From: Octopus sinensis
Lineage: Eukaryota
DNA length: 64,000 nt
Reading direction: 5' to 3'
Assembly (NCBI RefSeq): GCF_006345805.1
Contig: NC_042998.1
Location: 60,822,001 to 60,886,000 of the forward strand
Shown: piece by piece, positions 52,291 through 64,000 of the stretch
Layout of the letters: every line of letters starts with the position of its first letter
Numbering within the stretch: the first letter of the stretch is position 1
The notes under the pieces: model-generated
What the model was told of the DNA's origin: nothing
The model's input: only the letters and a program-made list of their open reading frames with translations
Database searches by the model: none
Program-made: the position numbers and the translations under genes

Positions 52291-53659
52291 CACACACACA
52301 CACACACACACAACACAGACACACACAAAAGACAAAAATATCGCCTCGCACATAATATCAATCTTGTACTCAGTACCGAACTGAAATGATTAATTATCCT
52401 CTAAATGCAGATTAAATAATTTAACACAAATAATCCGATAAAGATGATGGAGGTTGACGAGGAAGTCAGACAGATTAAAACTGAATTTAATTTTCATCAG
52501 TTTCATGAAATTCTGAGATACTTTTTGATATATATTCCATCGAATATAGTCTTCTCTTAAGAAGTTTCGTCTTCTACATAAATCAGCACGAAACAAAGAT
52601 CAGTACGAAAGAATTCGAGTAAAGAAGGGAATACCTAAGCGGTCACTCAGCTTGCTAAAAACGGCAACTAAATCTGCATCAAATCACTCAAATATTGTCT
52701 TAAAAAAGCTAGCAATGCATTTCTAGATCAGAGATTCCCAACCTTTTCCCAACCAAGAATCCCTTTTACTTAAGTGAATTTTTTTATTTGCACCAGACTT
52801 TTGAGAGGTTTTCTGTCGAATTAAGATGATTGTATTAACTACCAATAAACGTATCTTCCCTATATTATCATTTACTTGAAATACGTAACTAAATATATAT
52901 AGTATACATGTTTGTGTGTGTATGGATACACACACAATTATGTATATATAAAGCAGTATAGTATGTATGTGGAAATATGTATTGCAGTAAAATCTATTAA
53001 ATGTATTCGTGATGGATTATAATAAAAGAATTCAGACACAAATTACAATAGACATTTATTGCAATTGCAGAAATTTTTTAAAGCTAACTAGTATGACAGT
53101 TCAATTGTTAAAACATTATAAATATTTGAATGTTCAGCAAAATGTGAAATAGAGGTTAAAGTAAAACCTGAATACAGAGTCACAATAATTCTGGTTACTT
53201 CTATTCAGAGATTGGTAGAAATGCTAAGCTTGACTTCAAAGATTCAGGCTTGAAATCTGTTCAGACTGTAAATTGAAATCAAATTGTTTTCACGTCAAGG
53301 TCACTGGCCACTCCTAGCAAAAGCTCTCCTCCCTAGAGACTTATCGAGAAAGAACTTCCTATTTTATAACTGACGAACTGACGTCAGGCCAGTCTATCAC
53401 GTTAAAGATGTGGGGAGTCCAAGTCAATAGATCCGACCGTCACACGCTGAACCAAAATGGGCTGTCAGAAGTAAAAAGGTATAATGTGGACAGGCAAAGT
53501 TCACAAGCGCTCATACTGCCGCCACACACACACACACACACACACACACACCACACACACACACACAGATATATATCTATGTTGCAAGGAATAAGAGTTA
53601 AAACTCTTCAAGCTGCATGAAGAGCACGCACTGCCGTTATCCATTTTAGCCTATATATA

Positions 53660-53722
<63 letters not shown>

Positions 53723-53793
53723 TATATATATAGATAGCTCGTTTTTTTAGAAAAACATAAATTCGGAGAAGCACACTCTAAGAAGTAGAGCAG

Positions 53794-55205
53794 TCTATAT
53801 TTATTAGTGGTGAAGGCCGGTTTACAGGGTTACCCTGAGTTTCTCGCCATAAAGGAGACCTTTATGGCGTATCTTCAGATCCTAAGACCTGTTGGCCTAT
53901 GGCCTCTTTAAAATATGGAGGGGGAAACGATATGGATACAAACAATGGAGATTATCTCCCTTTGCTGCTGGTTATCGGCTTCCAACTGTGTCGCCCTCCC
54001 TCAGCTACGACATCTTTTCGCTACGAGGGTAAAAGTTAGGGGGTTATTTCCTACTCTCATCAACAATCAATTTCCAGCTGTAGTGTCATTATCGCTAACA
54101 CAACTATTATCGCTATTATGCGGATCCTAAAACGCTAAGAGGAATCTCCTTAAGTACGGTCCGAAAATCTCCGTTCTAGAGTTCAATATGGTCCCTGTTA
54201 CGTGCAAGTTTTTCAGGATTTCCATAGGTTCGGCTACGCATAGCTTGCAGCGTTTCGTTCCATTTATGTACGGACCCGGACGGTGGAGAATTTTCCATGA
54301 TATCGAGAATGGAATTCCATCTTGGTAAAAAAAATTATCACAATCTCATCAATATCTATAAAGATGAAATGCGACAAAGTTGTTTGATTTCTTGGTTATT
54401 TGTCTCATTTTGGGGTGGGAACGGTTTAAAGGGCGGTAGATGGGGTCGGATTAGCGCCAAAATTTACACGGGGGGGGTAAAATGTGGTGGGCAATGGCGC
54501 GAGGAGGGTTGTAAGTCGCTTGGGGCTACCGTTTGGTTGCCAAGGTGAGGAATATGGGAAAAATTGAGTTCTATGGGATAGACAGGTTGCGCTGTTTGAA
54601 TAATGGTGGCTTTTCGTGTTGCTGCAGGGGCTAGAGGCGGTTATCTTTAATTGTGGGTGTAAAAATTTGGGGGATTTTGGAAAGGCGGGGGGGGGGGGTA
54701 AAAGTTTTCAAGAGTACATTTTTCCCTTATTTTTATATTTAATTTTCTTCTATTTGCATTATTTGGTTGACATGGGTAAAAATTGCACTGTGTTAAAGGC
54801 CAAAATTTTAGCCTTCATTTGCATCATGAACCATCAAAATATACCAGAAAGAAGTATAAAATTTCACAAAATTTTAAGTAATTTTGAATTATTTTTGTGA
54901 GTTTATGTGCACGCGTAAAAGTGCAATTATTTTGTCGACTTCGCCGCGGCCAAGCTTGCTTGGATTATCGATTTTTTTCTCCGCTTAAGCTTGCAGACTC
55001 AAATCAGCTGATTCAAGTTTAAATTCAATTAGCGCGTTGACACAAATCATGACGCAGGTGTGTTTTGTACATAAAATGCAATTTAAGCTTAGAAACGGGA
55101 TATTTTTAGGTTTTGTTATTAAAGGGGGTTTCAAAAGTGCTCTGTCTTACTATTTTAATGCATCAACTACCAAAACCCGAGTGAAGCACGGGTAAAAATA
55201 GCTAG
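53794..55205 (+). mobile_element. Non-autonomous Helitron (first of a tandem pair)
   Basis: The 3' end is clear: hairpin cccgagtgaagcacggg (55176-55192), then CTAG at 55202-55205. The 5' TC start (tctatatttattag) is tentative. Confidence 0.65.
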
Positions 55206-55555
55206 TCTAATATATAAAATAGAAATGTGCGTGTATTCGCTTTCCCTCTGAAAACAATTGTTTGTGATGCGTGAATAATTTGACCTTAGGCATGTTAGGC
55301 TCTGTGATTTTTTTTTATTAAAAATAAAAATTATTGCTTTTTTTATATTAGATTCACGTCTTTGAAAGTTTTAAAAATATTTACTTCCGGTTTTCTAGCG
55401 TCAGTGACGTCTATATCTCTTTATCTATATATCTCTCTCTCTATCTATATCCCTCTATCATCTCTATCTCTATATCTACCTATCTCTGCATTTCTCTGTC
55501 TATATTTTATCTATCTATATCTTATTTGTCTAACTAGCCATCTCTCTCTCTCCCT

Positions 55556-55590
<35 letters not shown>

Positions 55591-55810
55591 CCTCTCTCTC
55601 TCTCTCTCCCTCTCCCTCTCTCTCTCTCTCTCCACTTCTCTATATCTCACTTTCATTCTTTTCACTTTTATTTTTCAGACGTTATTATTTTCATTGAAGT
55701 TCAATCGCTATTGTTTTCACTGTAAGTTTTCAATTGCTATTTACAAACAACAACGACAAATTACTCACAGAAAGAAATTCACAATCACTGATGAAAATAG
55801 TTTCATACAT

Positions 55811-56175
55811 AATTTACTGACCAAGTAACTTCATAAATTTTACTTCAATCCGTACACTTCGTTAAATTTGCCTCCAAATTTCTTATTTACCTTTGCAACG
55901 TATTGTGTTGTTTTTTTGTTGTTGTTGACGGAATTACTGGTAAAAATAAATTTGTAATTTACTGACAGAAGTAAATTCACTTAAATTCGTACACTTAGTT
56001 AATTTTCCTAAAAATTTCTTATTTACTTTTGCAACGGTTTTGTGTTTTTCCGTTGTTAACAGCATTTTCCTATTTCCTTCGATACTAGCTCTTTGGTTCA
56101 CTAAGTGACAAATTTCGCTTCAACCCGTACAATTTTTTATTTTTCTCAAAAATTTCGTATTTACTTTCTGCCCGT
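55811..56175. repeat. Degenerate ~146-bp tandem repeat (3 units) inside the Helitron
   Basis: Recurrent aatttactgac...cgtacactt...aaatttcttatttac...tgcaacg blocks at ~55811, ~55956 and ~56103. Confidence 0.55.
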
Positions 56176-56718
56176 CAATTTTAAAAATATAACTTCCGTC
56201 ACCCAGTTATTTTCATTGTTTACTATCTTCTGCACCCGTGTATTTCTGTATACGTATATAACCATGGCTAGAAGGGAAGTGTCAAATTTGTCTACAATGT
56301 CAAGGTCAGCCAAAAGAATGTCTCTGTCCAGAGAAAGAGAGACAGCTGCAGATAGGGAACCATGTCAAGAAACAAACAGACTGTGCACAACAAAAGCCAG
56401 AGTATCTTAAAGTAATGAACAGAGGTATGCACGGCTGGAAAGGAATAGGATCTCTACTGAAGAACGAAAAGCAGTTGCAACAGCTCTTCTATGAATCAGC
56501 AGTTCATTATGCAGATGACGCAAGAGTTTCCATTGGTGCAATGACAACTGAGTGTATACATTGTAAATAAGGAACTGGCCCGGAGAGTCACCTGCACTGT
56601 GCTGCAGTGGTGGAAAGGTTAAACTCCCTGAAATTCCCCAACCTCCAGAGCTATTGAAGAAACTGTTGTCATCAACTGATTAAGATTCCAAGCACTTCCA
56701 AAATAAAATTAGATATTA

Positions 56719-57150
56719 TGCCATAATATACATCTGGAAGATCCTAGAAGGACTTGTCCCAAACTTTGGCATCGAGAGTTACACAAATACTAGAACTGGG
56801 CGCCACTGCATAGTGCCAAGGACTCCAAATTTGCCATCAAAATGTAGGACAAGATACTGTGATAGCCTGGGCTTCAGAGGCCCACAGCTCTTCAATATCC
56901 TCCCGAAGAACCTCAGAGACCTGCATGGGGTGGATGCAGATGTCTTTAAAATAAAACTGGATCTCTCCCTGTCAGGTGTCCCAGATGAACCAAGTTCACG
57001 GCAGGAGGTGCAGATGAGGGCAGCTGCATCGAACTCTCTCATGCACCAAATGGCAATTGCTAAAAGGCATTCGTGAAGTAAAATCATGTAGCAACACCAA
57101 ATGGCGGTGCCACAGCTAGTGAGCTGAAACTAGATAAAATAAAATAAATA
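56719..57150 (+). mobile_element. CR1 LINE 3' fragment inserted into the Helitron ORF
   Basis: AIIYIWKILEGLVPNFG...NILPKNLRDL...PDEP; same family as 41133-41640. Excising it restores the Helitron frame IRYY-NTAL. Confidence 0.9.
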
Positions 57151-57884
57151 CAACACTGCACTACAGATGACATTATTTAGAGCCACAAGGGATTTAAATG
57201 AGCCAGGATTCATGCAAACTTTTAAGATCCAAGGTCAGATTTATCATTGGATTGGCTCTCTACTACCTCTGTCAAATGAATCACCAAAATCGGCCTTCCA
57301 TTGTTCATAATCCGTACCTGTTTCTTTGGTTACGAAATAAGCTGCACAAAACATGTTTTTGAATTACGTGTATTTACTTTATATACATATATATGAGTTG
57401 AAAACTTTCTTTTAACATTTCACTTAACGTCTATGTTCCATGCTGGCATGGATTGGAGAGTTATTGATGTAGAAAGAAGGTTCTCAGCTACTATCAGTTG
57501 AAACCTGCGTAATCTAGACGGCGTTTTTAAATTTCATTATTCTCGTTAACCCGAGCAACACCGGGTATTTCTGCTGTTAGATAACCTAATACATCTTATT
57601 TTAGATGCAAATATTATAAATCTATCGATAACACTGATCTTGATGATGTAATACACTTAATATATCTACGTACTAATCGTAAATGCGTGTAACGTAAGCC
57701 CGTACGCATATGTGTGTTCTCTCTCACGCACGCTTAAATATATGTTATATAAAATAAACTATAAATCAATAACTAAATATAAATATAATTACTTTACTAA
57801 TTATCTTACTGTTTCATTTTATAATAATCATGATTGGCTTTTTCATGAATTAGATAAAAGAATATAAGGGTATATATATATATA

Positions 57885-58350
<466 letters not shown>

Positions 58351-58696
58351 AACTGATTTGACTTCATAACACTTTACTAACAAACATACCCACTTAGACA
58401 GTTGACATCTATATATATATACACCTCTAAGCGATCATAGATAAACTGAAATGGGCCATGAATGTCCATACATATTTTGTTATAGAAATATTCGATAGCC
58501 TTTTACTAAAATGCATACACACTTAAGCACTAATAAAGCAACTGTAAGGCTCTATAAACGTACATACACACACACACTCATGCATAAACGATGGCATCCA
58601 TACTAGTATTCAGTAACCTTATGCTGACACATATACACACATGCGTACATATAAATTAACTTAGGCTGCAAACATACCTATATGGATGGGATGGGA

Positions 58697-59063
58697 AGCA
58701 CTCCGTCGGTTACGACGATGAGGGTTCCGGTTGATCCGAATCAACGGAACAGCCTGCTCGTGAAATTAACGTGTAAGTGGCTGAGCACTCCACAGACACG
58801 TAGTTCTCGGGGATATTCAGCGTGACACAGAGAGTGACAAGGCCGGCCCCTTGAAATACAGGTACAACAGAAACAGGAAGTAAGAGTGAGAGAAAGTTGT
58901 GGTGAAAGAGTACAGCAGGGATCACCACCATCCCCTGCCGGAGCGTCGTGGAGCCTTTAGGTGTTTTTGCTCAATAAACACTCACAACGCCCGGTCTGGG
59001 AATCGAAACCGCGATCCTATGACCGCGAGTCCGCTGCCCTAACCACTGGGCCATTGCGCCTCC
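58697..59063 (-). mobile_element. Full-length tRNA-derived SINE family C
   Basis: Minus-strand head ggaggcgcaatggcccagtggttaggg...ggtttcgattccc (A and B boxes). Confidence 0.9.
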
Positions 59064-59345
59064 ACATACCTATATACACATACGAGCACGCATATAAACA
59101 AACGAACATACACCCACGCATAAATCAAAATAGACCATGGACATTCTTCATGTTTTGTAAAAAAACCCCTTTTATTTCATTATTTTGTTTATCTTTTTTT
59201 ATTTTTTATTTTTTAAAGATAATATTCCATTATTTTCATTATTTATTATTAATCTTTATTTTTTATTCTTATATACTTTAATTCATTATTATTGTTGTTG
59301 TATTTGAATAAAAATAAAAGTACTAACGCACGCATGCATACAAAC

Positions 59346-61135
59346 ACACACACACATGTACATTGCTTAATTATTAATGTCGAATTAGTGCGTAAAAGTG
59401 CGCAATACATATTGCAGAGTGCGTGGTTTTGAATTGAAACTCGAATCACGAGACAAACGCCCAGTTTCTGTTTCCGCAAGAGTAGCTAGGTAGTACGAAG
59501 TTTGTTTCCCAACCACATGGTTCCAGGTACAGTCCCACTACGTTGCACCTTGGGTGTCTTCACTATAGCCTTGCAACCGACCAAAGCCTCGTGAATTGAA
59601 ATGGTAGACGGAAACTGGTCATATATTTATATGTATACTAGCAGTATCGCCCGGCGTTGCTCGGGTTTGTTTCGACCTTTAGAATTGGAATTTTTGAAAA
59701 GTAAAAATTTTGCATTATGTAGCTTGTTATTCTCTTTAAGTGAACATTTTTCTGGTTGAAATACACCGAAAAATGGCGACACTGCAGTAAAAAAATAGGG
59801 ATTTTCATAGAAAAAAGCACCTTTTTGATGTAAATAATTTTTGGTGTTAACCTGGTCCGATTTGAATTTTTCCTTCTACGTAAGGAAGAGCAAGCCTTCT
59901 TCTATCATACTCTCAGCTTTGGTCAACTTGTGCTGCAGGGTCTCGGAGGAGATAGTGTTAGTTGAAGGCTACCAAACCTGCCATACACAGACAACTTCAG
60001 CTTTATAGAGAGAGAGATGTGTGTGTATGTGTGTGTATTTAAGTGTGCGTGTGTATGTATGTCTCATCGCTTGACAACCGGTGTTGTTGTATTTACGTTC
60101 CCATAACTTAGTGGTTCGGTGAAAGAGGCTGATAGAGTAAGTACTAGGCTTTAAAAGATAAGTACTCTGGTTGACTCAGTCCCTAGCTTTACCAGAGTTT
60201 TATGACTAAAACGAATAAAGATGAAATACACACACACACACACATGTACATTGCTTAATTATTAATGTCGAATTAGTGCGTAAAAGTGCGCAATACATAT
60301 TGCAGAGTGCGTGGTTTTGAATTGAAACTCGAATCACGAGACAAACGCCCAGTTTCTGTTTCCGCAAGAGTAGCTAGGTAGTACGAAGTTTGTTTCCCAA
60401 CCACATGGTTCCAGGTACAGTCCCACTACGTTGCACCTTGGGTGTCTTCACTATAGCCTTGCAACCGACCAAAGCCTCGTGAATTGAAATGGTAGACGGA
60501 AACTGGTCATATATTTATATGTATACTAGCAGTATCGCCCGGCGTTGCTCGGGTTTGTTTCGACCCTTTAGAATTGGAATTTTTGAAAAGTAAAAATTTT
60601 GCATTATGTAGCTTGTTATTCTCTTTAAGTGAACATTTTTCTGGTTGAAATACACCGAAAAATGGCGACACTGCAGTAAAAAAATAGGGATTTTCATAGA
60701 AAAAAGCACCTTTTTGATGTAAATAATTTTTGGTGTTAACCTGGTCCGATTTGAATTTTTCCTTCTACGTAAGGAAGAGCAAGCCTTCTTCTATCATACT
60801 CTCAGCTTTGGTCAACTTGTGCTGCAGGGTCTCGGAGGAGATAGTGTTAGTTGAAGGCTACCAAACCTGCCATACACAGACAACTTCAGCTTTATAGAGA
60901 GAGAGATGTGTGTGTATGTGTGTGTATTTAAGTGTGCGTGTGTATGTATGTCTCATCGCTTGACAACCGGTGTTGTTGTATTTACGTTCCCATAACTTAG
61001 TGGTTCGGTGAAAGAGGCTGATAGAGTAAGTACTAGGCTTTAAAAGATAAGTACTCTGGTTGACTCAGTCCCTAGCTTTACCAGAGTTTTATGACTAAAA
61101 CGAATAAAAGATGAAATACACACACACACACACAT
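59346..61135. repeat. Direct tandem duplication of an ~888-bp unit bounded by (CA)n
   Basis: 59357 onward matches 60245 onward. The only differences I found were 1-nt homopolymer indels. Confidence 0.92.
59637..60012 (-). mobile_element. Non-autonomous Helitron inside a SINE B (duplicated at ~60525-60901)
   Basis: The minus strand starts tctctataaagctg and ends with hairpin cccgagcaacgccggg, then ...ctgCTAG. Confidence 0.8.
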
Positions 61136-61173
61136 ACATATATGTACGTGTGTGTGTGTGTGTGTGTGTGTGT

Positions 61174-61480
61174 GGAGGCGCAATGGCCCAGTGGTTAGGG
61201 CAAGCGGACAGGCGGTCTTACGATTGCAGTTTCGATTTTCAGACCGGGCGTTGTGGGTGTTTATTAAGCAAAATCGTCTAAAGCTCCACGAGCCTCTGGC
61301 AAGGGTGTCGTGGCGATCCCTGCTGTACTCTTTCGCCACAACTTTCTCTCACCCTTTCTTGTGTTGGCCTGCTCGCTTAGCCAGCTGGGCGGCGTCATTT
61401 GAAGGCTAAAACAATGCGAAGCGTATTGTGACCAGCGATGTGTAGCAACATCCGATAGCCTGGTCGGTGACGAGACGTGA
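61174..61480 (+). mobile_element. SINE family C variant with an alternative 3' half
   Basis: Head similar to 58697-59063; diverges completely after caactttctctcac. Confidence 0.8.
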
Positions 61481-61532
61481 CGGCATATATGTATATATAT
61501 ATATATATTTATATATATATGTATGTATGTAC

Positions 61533-61728
61533 ACGATGGGGTGGTGAAAAGTTCCTGGCTTTAGGTAAAAGAAAATACAGGATGATCAGTTAATTATGAT
61601 TTTATTCAACATATTCCCCTCTCAGATTCACACACTTATTGCAGTCCTTCAGGTTTTCAAGCTTTAGAAAGTTCTTCAGCCAGGCCTTTCGTGATACCCT
61701 TAAATCAAGGAACTTTTCAGCATGCTCG
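61533..61728. mobile_element. mariner-derived MITE
   Basis: TIRs cgatggggtggtgaaaagttcct / aggaacttttcagcatgctcg in a TA context. Confidence 0.75.
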
Positions 61729-61732
61729 TATA

Positions 61733-61772
<40 letters not shown>

Positions 61773-62712
61773 GTAAAGTCTTTAATGAATGATTGTATCT
61801 TCTGTTGCATTTCAAAATTAGTTTTGGGATTAATGTCTTGAAGATAAACTTAAAGGTAGTGGCTACCAACCTCTGAAATCACATCACGTTTTTTACAATA
61901 CCTTATCACTTTCTGAATGTCATTAACAGTTTTGCGAACATACTTCCATACCCAAGACCACAAGGTGATTTCCGGTATCAACTTTTCTGTGAAATTTGGC
62001 GCCAAAATATCAAAGTATAATAGCTGTGAAATTTAGATTTTGTTTTGTATGATCATTCACCTTTTTGATTGTTTGTGTGTGTGTTTTACTCGTATCTTTT
62101 TACGCGAAAATGACGCGTGACCGTAATCCTAAAGCAATTTCATACACACGATATGTGTACTATGTTGATGATATTGATGATGGACGTAGTAACAATGAAG
62201 ATAATGGATGATAGAAATCACGATAATGATAAGAAAGGCGTTGAGGATGCAGGAACAGATGATAAAGTATACGATAATGAGGATGATAATGACTTTGAGG
62301 AGGAAGTTAATACACATAAATATATACAGGCACACATACTTGTACAGGCACATACATTTATGCATGCATCCATACGTGCATATATACATACATACGTACA
62401 CACATACTTGTTTTCAATGTATAATAATGCATAAAAACAAACATTAGTTGAAGAACCAACACATTATTTGGAGAATCAAATATATTTTAGAACGAAATGG
62501 TTAATAACGATTTTAAAATTTCGCCGTTTGTTGACTTCTTCTGACGAAGCCTGGTCGATACAGGTAATTTTGGAGGTTGTTGCGCTTGCGGCACCGAGGA
62601 GCGGAAATGACCGCGAAATATCTGTATCTGTCACTCTCTTTCACATCATACTGATGTTTACATTTTGTAACTTGCTTCAAACACAAATTCTTACATATAT
62701 GTGTGTGTGTAT

Positions 62713-62772
<60 letters not shown>

Positions 62773-62795
62773 ACACGCGCACGTACATGTGTGTG

Positions 62796-62829
<34 letters not shown>

Positions 62830-62889
62830 TTGGTGCAACTAATGAATTTAGAAGAGTTCTTATTAGTAGAACAGTTCTAGCAGGAAATA

Positions 62890-63330
62890 CAGAACACAAG
62901 TTATTACAAGATCAAGCAAACCGATGACGAGAGAGGAATGCTGGAGTTTCTCTTCTTCGTTCCGAATGTGTGGCACTCATGCACCGATGATTTGGACCTT
63001 ACCCATTTAGTGAAGGTAAAGGGCGGCGATATAATGAAAGAATCTTGTCTGCTAGATCACTTACCCAATGAATTGGCGCGGATCTTCATGGATGAGCTGG
63101 TTCACTTGATCCTTATCGAACTGTACAGGTTAGCCGGAATGTAGAGGAACTGTGAGGTCGAATTTTTCCCTTTTTTGTACACAGCACAAATGTCTAAGGC
63201 AGCCTGGGCAGATTTGGCAGCTCTGGAATCTTGGTTGAAAGCGAAGAGAAGCAAGTCTTTAAAATGTTCATTTTTCCTACTTGGCACGCCATTGTCGTAT
63301 GTATGAAAAGTGGCAAAATTTATTCAAATT
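62890..63330 (-). mobile_element. Degraded mariner transposase N-terminal part
   Basis: KNEHFKDLLLFAFNQDSRAAK...DICAVY resembles the recalled mariner N-terminus KNEHFRHLLLFAFNQGSKAAKAARDICAVY. Confidence 0.75.
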
Positions 63331-64000
63331 TCGAAAGCAATTGTAGAGGAAGAAAACAAAACATAAAACACTGCGATAAAAAAATATTTTTCATGCTAGT
63401 TAAAAAAAAAAAGGAAAGAACGAATGAATTTATGTGACCGATCAATACATTGTCTCATTTCACCTCACTGTTGTGGTTGACAACAAGTCTGCTGATAATG
63501 TTACTTGTAAGTCTAGCGTCACACATGGAGAAGGATTTATCTCACCAATGATGTCATGAAATGAGCTCAGTACATCTCTAAAAAACCCTCCTCTCACAAT
63601 TCTCGTCTCCCAAATTCAACCCACAATCTTATGGTCGACCTAAAACTGTGTTAGGAAGCACCTGTCGGTGATGTAGTACAGTTGGATCGAATCCACAACC
63701 ATATATTTGCGAAACGAACTTCTTAACATCATAGCTAGTACGCGGTGTTATATTCTAATCGTGTTGCGTGTTATTTTAGTATTTAAATCGTAAAGCATGT
63801 AATCCTGATTCTGAATCTCAGTGGAAAATTTTTGATGGAGATTTACCTTCTACATTGATCGATTCAAAAATGAATAAAAATATATAAATAAATATGTCGC
63901 TTGTTGAATGACTCACAATTGACATGAAGTTAATGACAACTTGTCAACAGTAAATTTATACTTTTCAATTGGCTTGTTAGAACAAGGTTGGCGTGAAGAG

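Larger units (their letters stand above)
55206..57576 (+). mobile_element. Internally deleted Helitron with degraded RepHel N-terminal coding remnant
   Basis: 5' tctaatatataaaa start. Remnant SIGAMTTECIHC...CCSGGKVKLPEIPQPPELLKKLL...NKIRYYNTALQMT...GFMQTFKIQGQIYHWIGSLLP (from ATG 56264, frameshifted). 3' hairpin cccgagcaacaccggg at 57550-57565. Confidence 0.85.

Overview
AT-rich, repeat-dense eukaryotic DNA. The SINE, mariner, Helitron and microsatellite repertoire matches what I recall from Octopus genomes; the species cannot be confirmed from sequence alone. Only one host gene is recognisable: the last two coding exons of a FAM219-family gene on the + strand (3321-3401 and 11757-11943, 8.3-kb intron, NAGNAG acceptor, C-terminal CaaX-like CALQ). 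About 1-26.2 kb is visibly CpG-depleted, as expected for a methylated gene body. About 26.3-64 kb retains CpG and is a mosaic of tRNA-derived SINEs, CR1/RTE/R4-like LINE fragments, mariner and pogo remnants, Helitrons and simple repeats. Most ORFs in the supplied track are microsatellite or SINE artefacts. The points most worth follow-up are: a dimeric SINE that appears to retrotranspose as a unit (two copies, each with its own TSD); SINE tail swapping and a SINE/CR1 shared tail; a head-to-tail Helitron junction; a near-perfect 197-bp palindrome and a 400-bp foldback in the FAM219 intron; the CpG boundary that suggests an unannotated transcription unit; and an ~888-bp near-identical tandem duplication. 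I found no clearly new biological system.
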